A stretch of 64,000 bases of DNA from Eledone cirrhosa (lineage: Eukaryota): the NCBI GenBank assembly GCA_964016885.1, contig OZ024740.1:288238001-288302000 (forward strand), written 5' to 3'. Below, piece after piece: positions 56,086-64,000 of the stretch (position 1 is its first letter; each line of letters starts with the position of its first letter). The position numbers and the translations under genes were made by a program. Under the pieces are notes generated by a model. It ran no database searches. It was given only the letters and a program-made list of their open reading frames with translations, and had not been told where the DNA came from.

Positions 56086-58080
56086 GGCTACTGCGACAGC
56101 TTCAGAAAAGAACTTACAATCTTCTTTAAAGGCTTCAACCTCTCCATACAGGGTGATGCCAACCTCTCGGCCGTTAATTACCTCGACGTTACCCTCAATT
56201 TGTCGAATGGCTTGCACTACCCGTATAGAAAGCCGAATGATACGCTTAATTACATAAGTAAGCATTCTAACCATCCTGCCAGCATAACCAAGTACATGGT
56301 AAGAAACGTTTCTTTGAGGCTTTCTCGTCTATCTAAAAACGAGCATATTTTCACCGACCATTCCACAATGAAGCTCTTGCTCGGAGTGGATTTGTCGATA
56401 AGGTAGCATATACTAAGTATGAACATAGACCAAGGAAAAATAGACCCCAACGCATTATATGGTATAACCCACCATATAATATAGCGGTGCCCACACCATT
56501 AGCTAAGATCTTTCTCTCCCTTATTAAGAAGCATTTCCCCTCAGCACATACATATAATAACATTTTTAATAGAAATACCATTAAAATATCTTATTCTACG
56601 ACCCCTAACTTTGCATTTAACATCACTGCTTCAAATTTAGCTAAATTACCTAGCCATAGGAACACGTTCAACCCGGTAGCTAGTACTAACTGTAATTGTA
56701 GGAATCAGGTTGACTGCCCCCTATCCGGGAAATGCCTCTCTAGTAACATTGTCTACAAATGTAAGGTCGAAACACCCACGTCCCGTAGGGCCTACATAGG
56801 GTTAATCGCCAATAGATTCAAGCAGCATCTTTACATGCACACCCATTCTTTTCTTAACCCTTTAAGAAGGAATGATGTCACCTTCAGCTTATATCTGGAG
56901 TCTAAAAGACAACACCCAATATAGATTACACTGGGGGATCCTAGCTAAGGCTAGATCGTATAACGGTAATAAAAGACCATGCGATCTTTGCGCCGCTGAA
57001 GCCCTGGAAATACTCTTAAACAAAAAATCTGAGGCAATTTCGGCTTGTAAACACAAATTGCATAAAACTTTCCTGTATTACAGCCCTACATTATACCCTA
57101 ACGGATAGTACGAACAATACGGGGATAATTTACGTCTTGATGTGGTAGCTAAGTATATTTTATGTTTATACCATTGTATAAGTAAGTATATCTTACCCGT
57201 ATGTTTTGTGAAGGTACTTATACTTTCACGTACGTATATATGCTTGTATTTGTTATAGGTGTATATATTATATTATATATACTGGTATATGTGTATATGG
57301 TTATGTGTATATATGTATTTTGTGTTTGTGTGTGTATGCGTATATGCGTGTTTGTACGTATGTAAGGTGTGTATATGTGTACATTGTGTTTTGGTTGACG
57401 TACGTTTGGTGAACATATGTGCTTTTACCTGTAGGTACGTGTGTGCGTGTGCTATATACGTATTTATGTGTGTATATTTATATACATTTATATAATTATA
57501 TGTATATACACACATACATATATATATATAATTTGTTTAATGTGTATTTGGTGTATACGTTCGTATGTGTGCGGGTACATGTGTCGCGCGGGTTTATGTA
57601 TGTGTGCGCGTGTTTATGTGTACGTGCATGGCGGGTGTTTCTGTGTATACACGTGTATGTACGTATATATATGCGTGTATGTATATATTTAATTATTAAT
57701 GATTTTAATAACCTCTGTCATTTTCGTTCTACTAATTTATTTGCATTATTCTTAACTCTGAAGCCGAGAATCATTCGGTTTCCTTAATAGAATATTAGTC
57801 TACGACTTCATTTATACCATAAACGTGGTTTTGTCTTTGCGTGTATTTCTTCTCACCGCTCCACATAACGACGTATTATATTCGCTTTTTTCCGTTCATT
57901 GCCAGGGAATGTCTTCACCAACCAAAGTATCGTCTTCCTGTTTTCCTTGGGTTGCAACGTTTTTCGAAATATTTACTTCTGTGTTCACAGATTGATTTTT
58001 TTAGTTTCAGGAGATCCCGTTAAGGGTGAAAGCAGCGATTCTTTGCTTAAACTTTAATCTGTTATTTTAATAAATTACTA
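56085..58080 (+). mobile_element. 5'-truncated Penelope-like element (RT end + GIY-YIG + tail)
   Basis: DVTLNLSNGLHYPYRKPND..SNHP, WYNPPY, CNCRNQVDCPLSGKCLSSNIVYKC..AYIG, CDLCAAE. Confidence 0.85.
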
Positions 58081-58108
58081 TGTATATATATATATATATA
58101 TATATATA

Positions 58109-58218
58109 AAGTGGTTACACAACAGTTAGTGAACTAACTGTTGTGTAACTACTTCCACCTAACTCGTCCCATGGACTGAGTGCTCTACCACTACGGATAT
58201 TACCTTCCAGTGTTCTAC

Positions 58219-58221
<3 letters not shown>
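58109..58221. repeat. 22-bp-arm hairpin plus tail between TA runs
   Basis: aagtggttacacaacagttagt-ga-actaactgttgtgtaactactt (1 mismatch). Confidence 0.75.
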
Positions 58222-58291
<70 letters not shown>

Positions 58292-58292
58292 G

Positions 58293-58403
<111 letters not shown>

Positions 58404-59391
58404 CTGTGTATGTGTGTGTGTGTCTTTGTGTGTATGTAACTAAAAGTGTTTATGTCTCAACTAGAACGTGACATCTAAACCGAAACACTGCAATCGCCCT
58501 TCAAACATTTAAACACATAAAGCGTCAAACCGTTACTTAACAAAGCACTTTACCCAACAAACAACTAAGGTAAATTCAGCTATAGTGAGAGATGGGGAGA
58601 GCAAGAGAGACGGAGGCAGTGAGTGAAAGAGAGAAAACATTGGGGCGGTGGAAGTGGGGAGCCAGGGGGACCATGGTTGCCCCAATAATTATATTTTTCT
58701 CCCCAAACTACCAAAACACACATCTATTTGGATATACGCTACAATTTATGTAGATCACAACTAGTAATTAAGGACAAAAGGAAGACATACAGACACGCAC
58801 AAAAACCAAACTAACAAAACAAATCAGACACACACAGATAGAACAAACAACCAGCTTGTGACAAATGAATAAACACATAAATATATAAATAAAAACACAT
58901 ACACGGATGTAACGCATGCGTAAACTAAGCACACAACACACAGCACACAGCACACAAGATGGTGCAGGATAGGACAAAGGAGCGACACACAAAATAAAAA
59001 CCTAGTCACTGAGGAGGTCACAGAATGTGTGACGAAAGAGCTTTGACAATATACAAACAACCTTCCGCTTATCGAACCAACCAGCCAACTGGAAACTTAT
59101 AAATTGAAATGAAAACCAACAGGTACGTATGTTTTTATTGGCAACATGACCCTCCCAAAATATAACAATATCTGTTTCAACACACGTTTTCAGATAAGAA
59201 ATCTCGCAAAACAAATTCAAAATCGAATTATATATACATATATATATATATATACAGTATATGTGTGTGTGTATATATAGGAGGTGAATAAATTGGGTAT
59301 AATACCAGTTTCTTACCAAATGCGAAGAAGTTCGGTATATTAACCCCTTAGGAAAGGGTACAGAGCATAATTTTTAAAAATTATATATATA

Positions 59392-59638
59392 CAGTGGCGG
59401 TGGACCTGGAGGGGGGGGGGGGGGGGGCATGTCCCCCTCCAATAATTATATTTTCTTCCCAAACTACCAAAACACACATCTATTTGGATATGCGGTACAA
59501 TTTATGCACATGTTATGTTTATCGCAAGTTTTCTTACCATTTTAGAGTGCAAAGAACTAAACTAATCATTACAACTAGATTGTTCAAATCCCCCCCCCCC
59601 ACACACACACACATTTAGAAATGCTTCCACTGACCCTG
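59392..59638. mobile_element. MITE-like element; partial sister copy at 58640-58755
   Basis: cagtggcggtgga ... tccactgaccctg imperfect TIRs. Shared ccaataattatattt..cccaaactaccaaaacacacatctatttggata. Confidence 0.5.
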
Positions 59639-59761
59639 GAACACCAATACTTATTTATTTATTTATCTATTTATTTATTTGTGAGCTATCACTGAACAAA
59701 AGGAAACAACTGTGTATTAACCGAAAAAGAGAGAAAATATTAAAAGACTGAAGTAACTTAA

Positions 59762-60295
59762 TCTATATATCTAAAACAGAGAATGTCTGTCTGTCTGTCC
59801 CCCTAAAATTCGAGAACCACCCAACCGAAATTTTTCAAACTTTACACATGTAATACTTATGGTTGTGTGAGTGTTTTGAGCAAAAAGTATTTCAACTTTT
59901 CTATGCCCTAGGGACCGCATTAGGCGAAAAACCGCATATTTTAGGCTTTAATGGCTTTTTTGAGGCGTAACGGAACAATAATCCAGGCAATTTCTTCAAA
60001 ATGTGTATTACTTATGGCGTTTAAAATATTTTGAACAAAAAAGATTTTCTCATTTTTTGCCCCAGGGACCGCATTAGGCGAAAAACCGATTTTTTTGAAG
60101 CATTTTAGTTTCGTTAGGGCCTGTAACTCGAGAAGTACCCAACCGATCTTTTTTTTAACTTTGCATATGCATTACTTATGTGCCACAAATTCTCTTGACT
60201 GAAAAAGATTTCAAATTTTTGCCCCGGGATCGCATTGTTTAGCATTTTGGTTGTGTTAGGGCCTGTAACCTTAAAAGTATCCAACTAAATTTCTT
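59762..60295 (+). mobile_element. Helitron-like non-autonomous element with ~180-bp internal subrepeats
   Basis: A|TCTATATATCTAAAA..(TCTG)n start. gggaccgcatt-like motif recurs three times. Homologous to 28325-28510. Confidence 0.55.
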
Positions 60296-60509
60296 CATGC
60301 TCTCCACCACTGCAGTCCCACATTCTTACTGCTCTGTAACTATTGCTTTCATTGTACCATAGCACAACAAATACATGTTCGGTTTGTCGAATGCCTTTTT
60401 ACTTAACCCTATCGTTTTGGCTTTCGTGGGTTGAACATTTTACTCTCAGGCACCCAATTAAGTTAAACACCTGACGACGAACTTTTTTTATAAACACAAA
60501 ATGTAGACA

Positions 60510-60607
<98 letters not shown>

Positions 60608-60875
60608 TTTATATATATATATATATATATATATTAGGTATAGGATTACCCAAGATGTAGTAATGGTTAATTACTACACTGGATATGGTTGACGTACGGT
60701 AAGAGGTTACTCTACGAGTTATGGAAGAATTGTTCAAGAAACTTAGTTCCTGATCCTTCAGTATTCCGGAGTGTATATAAAGAATGAATAATAACAGGTA
60801 GACATCATAAAAAGGTAATTCATTCCGTGTGCTTACAAGTGTTTCCACGGTGGTACTGCAGCCTAGTTCCGCTAC

Positions 60876-61028
60876 GTGCAAAATCACAAGTATTTGCAGA
60901 ACTCGAATATCCAATGCAGTGACCACTGTTTCCTCACAGCATTGGATATTCGAGTTCTGCAAATACTTGTGATTTTGCACAACCGTTTTATGCTGCAGCA
61001 TAATATTATAACTCTACACAGACTAGTT

Positions 61029-61030
<2 letters not shown>
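60876..61030. repeat. 42-bp-arm hairpin plus tail running into (TA)n
   Basis: Perfect arms 60876-60917 and 60939-60980. Confidence 0.85.
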
Positions 61031-61093
<63 letters not shown>

Positions 61094-61599
61094 ATGGCCA
61101 AAATCAGGACCATTCACACTGTCAGCGTCCGTCTCTGACACCAATGCTTCTACTCTCTACATCGCTACTCACACTCAATAGCTATTTCTCTAACACCAAC
61201 CCATTAATATATACTTAATAAAGTATTTTTATTTCAAAAGATAAGTAAATATGAGAAAGAAAGACAAAAGCAAAATAAAATGGGGAAGAGGTAGATCTGG
61301 CTGTATGGGAAAGTAGAGGAAAGGAGGACTATGAAAGCCATTAATCGTTTCTACTTTAGGCACAAGGCCAGCAATTACCCAGTGCATTACTGGTACTTTA
61401 TTTTATCGACCCCGTAAGGATGAAAGCCTAAGTCAACCTCGGCGGGATTTGAACTCAGATCGTAAAGGGACGTAACTATGCTGGAAAGCATGGCGTCCGA
61501 CCCTCTACAGATACTGCCAATCCACCGCCCTATGAAAGCCATTAATGAGAGGAAAAAGGAGCGGAAAAGCAAGGAATCTGAGTCCACAAGAAAAGGGGC

Positions 61600-61830
61600 G
61601 GGGGGGGGGGCTAGGGTGCGGCGGTGTTGTGGCTACGCCCTGTGGACAAGACCGCAAAAGCATTTCCGCGGACAATGGCATGCCCACCTTGCGGGGTTCC
61701 TTTCTTCAGACGGGCTGCTGACGTTCCGATCTTGCGGAGGAGCTCAGCAGTACGGGGTCCGAGTACGCCTGAGGTCTCGACAGCGACATGTGCGAAGAGG
61801 AAGCGGCTGGACAATTCCCGGAATTTGTTT
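61600..61830 (-). mobile_element. CRE-clade non-LTR element 3' fragment
   Basis: FAHVAVETSGVLGPRTAELLRKIG...AIVRGNAFAVL resembles the CRE RLE C-terminus. Confidence 0.65.
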
Positions 61831-62089
61831 GTCTTCTTCCCCTCTGCATTGCGGGCCGCACTACCGGGATTTGTGGCCGAAGAGTACGTGAATTATTGGC
61901 GGACGTAAGAATGAATACTCAATACCGAAGTAGAGTTTGAATATTCATTTATTATGGCTAAGCCTAATTACTTTGGAGTTTCACCTGCGTACTCACCAGA
62001 CAAGACTGGTGACCCTGTACTGCGCAAGCGAAACTTTAGAGTAACAAAGCTCATCAATAGCCATAATAAATGAATGTATATATATATAT

Positions 62090-62535
62090 AGTTAAAAGAA
62101 TAGAGGTGTAACACACAAGTTATTATATATTGGTAAACGGAATAGAAAATGCTGACAAATTGTTCACAGTTGAAAAATGGTTTAATTAGGAATAAAAGAG
62201 TATTAGTGATTGTATGGGTTAGTATTCAGTTGTGGTTTTAAGTTTTTAAGTTTTTACCGGTTGCGCAATTCTAAATGCTTTTCAAAAATAATTTTGAGAT
62301 AGAGTGTCCGTGCTGTTTGCTCTGATCTGTCAGAGCAAACAGATCAGAGCAAACAGCACGGACACTCTATCTCAAAATTATTTTTGAAAAGCATTTAGAA
62401 ATGCGCAACCGGTAAAAACTTAAAAACTTAAAACCACAACTGAATACTAACCCATACAATCACTAATACTCTTTTATTCCTAATTAAACCATTTTTCAAC
62501 TGTGAACAATTTGTCAGCATTTTCTATTCCGTTTA

Positions 62536-62544
<9 letters not shown>
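62090..62544. repeat. ~205-bp-arm palindrome of a PLE tail related to 26100-26170
   Basis: Arms 62124-62330 and 62339-62544 (1 mismatch seen). TTGAAAA-gcattt/aaatgc-GCAA-CCGG-TA at 62384. Confidence 0.9.
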
Positions 62545-62627
<83 letters not shown>

Positions 62628-62631
<4 letters not shown>

Positions 62632-63214
62632 AACAAACAAACCGAGCATTATAATAAATATTCGGTAAACCGATACGTGCATATATATATGTGTGTGCAT
62701 GTATGTATATATATACATACTACTGTACGTCTGTATACATATATGTATGTACGTATACATACATACATATTTACATTTAAGTAAGTGCCGTACTAAGAGT
62801 GAGAAATGAAATTTCGTTTCATTCTATTCCATTTATCTTTTTCGGTGTGCCCGGCCGACTGAACTCACTCGATATGCAAATTAGGCTGCTCAGTCGTTAA
62901 TATGCATAAGGAAAGTATATACTTTCAGACGTTCAACCATCTGACAGGAAGGTATACGATGCTGACGATAGCTAATAAGCTTGAAACTAGTACATCGTTC
63001 CTGTGTCAGTGTTGAACAAAAAGGTGACGTGGTTGCCTAAACACTGTACGGCGTAATTCGGGCTGTTTGTTCGTTTACAAACAAACAAACCGAGCATTAT
63101 AATAAGTGTTCGGTAAACCGATACGTGCATATATATATATATGTGTGCATGTATGTATATATATACATACTACTGTACGTCTGTATACATATATGTATGT
63201 ACGTATACATACAT
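62628..63214 (+). mobile_element. Retrozyme-like family A: 1.3 monomers (448-nt period)
   Basis: Direct repeat at 62628/63076. No credible ORF. TA-flanked. Confidence 0.8.
62941..63009 (+). ncRNA. Complete minimal type I hammerhead ribozyme
   Basis: Helix I acgatg/catcgt (extends via aggaa/ttcct and ctgac/gtcag), CTGACGA 62962, agct/agct helix II, GAAA 62983, CTAG, GTA site at 62992. Confidence 0.85.
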
Positions 63215-63830
63215 AATTATATATATATATATATAAGCGACTAAGCTGGAGGTGGTAAACGTTTCACAACATGTGACGTCCCAGATGAGAAATTTACCTC
63301 CTTCGAATGGGATAAGAGCAATTCCATCGGGGCGCTTGCCGTCTTCGCACGTGTGTATGTGTGCGTGTGTGTGTGTGTGTGTGCGTGTGTGTGAAGGCTC
63401 TTGGCTTAGTGTTTAGGGTGTTCGGTTCACGATCGTAGTGATGTCATGCTGATGAACTGTCGTTATATTGATGTAATGTTACTGTTATGTTGATGTATAT
63501 TTATGTATGTAACGTTATGTTAAGTTATTGTATTATTTTTCACCATTATGTTGTTTGCCTTATTGTTGTTATCATGAGAGAAGGTTCTGTTGGTGTTATG
63601 CTTTCATATTATATCGATTTTGACGTTATGTGTATTGACTCTATTTTATTACCATGTTAATTGTTTCCCTCGTATATATTTATGGTAATTTGATGCATAG
63701 GTATTGATGTATCAATATGATACATAAGCATTGCAGCGTACAATTTGGAACAAACAAACAAACACACACACACACGCGCGCATATATATATATATAGCGC
63801 GGGTAAAATTCCCGAGATAAGACTAACTGT

Positions 63831-63903
63831 CGTCCTGTGTGGATTCGAACCACCAACCATTTGGTTAGCAGCCGAACGCGCTAACCGATTGCGCCACAGA
63901 GAC
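63831..63903 (-). pseudogene. tRNA-Asn-derived pseudogene / SINE head (anticodon GTT->GCT)
   Basis: gtctctgtggcgcaatcggttagcgcgttcggctGCTaacc..ggttggtggttcga matches metazoan tRNA-Asn. Stem mismatches and a 1-nt acceptor-stem deletion. Confidence 0.8.
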
Positions 63904-64000
63904 GACTTGTCCTAGGTATGGCATTAAACTGCATCCAGTGGAAAGGCTCCAGTTCGATAGTTCGGGAGTTCGGGAGTTCAGGAGCTGTGGGGAATGTGGA

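Noticed and set aside
55873-56274. Single 133-aa ORF as a fusion gene
   Set aside because: It spans the junction of an antisense PLE fragment and the Tx1 ORF2; a chance read-through.
63831-63903. Functional recoded tRNA-Ser(GCT)
   Set aside because: Asn-type body with no long variable arm, plus damaged anticodon, T and acceptor stems.

Overview
Eukaryotic, repeat-saturated DNA with no long intact host ORF. The recurring SINE resembles the common octopus SINE, so an octopod cephalopod is likely (from memory, not verified). The window is a nest of decayed retroelements inserted mostly into (TA)n microsatellites: Penelope-like elements (PLEs; RT + GIY-YIG), RTE, Tx1/L1, R4/Dong, CRE and CR1/L2-type LINEs, SINEs, Helitron-like and MITE-like pieces. 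It also holds a 7-kb (GGT)-derived minisatellite and a 1.9-kb TA array. The striking hidden structure is about 20 minimal type I hammerhead ribozyme (HHR) motifs from many unrelated sequence families. Many sit in fold-back (palindromic) inserts flanked by (TA)n. Several palindromes are centred on the ribozyme's own helix II, and at least two non-coding families occur as terminally redundant 340-490 nt HHR monomers (retrozyme-like, circRNA-type). Also seen: a tRNA-Asn/RTE-tail chimera, a Helitron CTAG|TC junction and two phase-compatible candidate host exons. Most ORFs in the supplied track are microsatellite artefacts. All alignments and folds were done by eye; boundaries are approximate.
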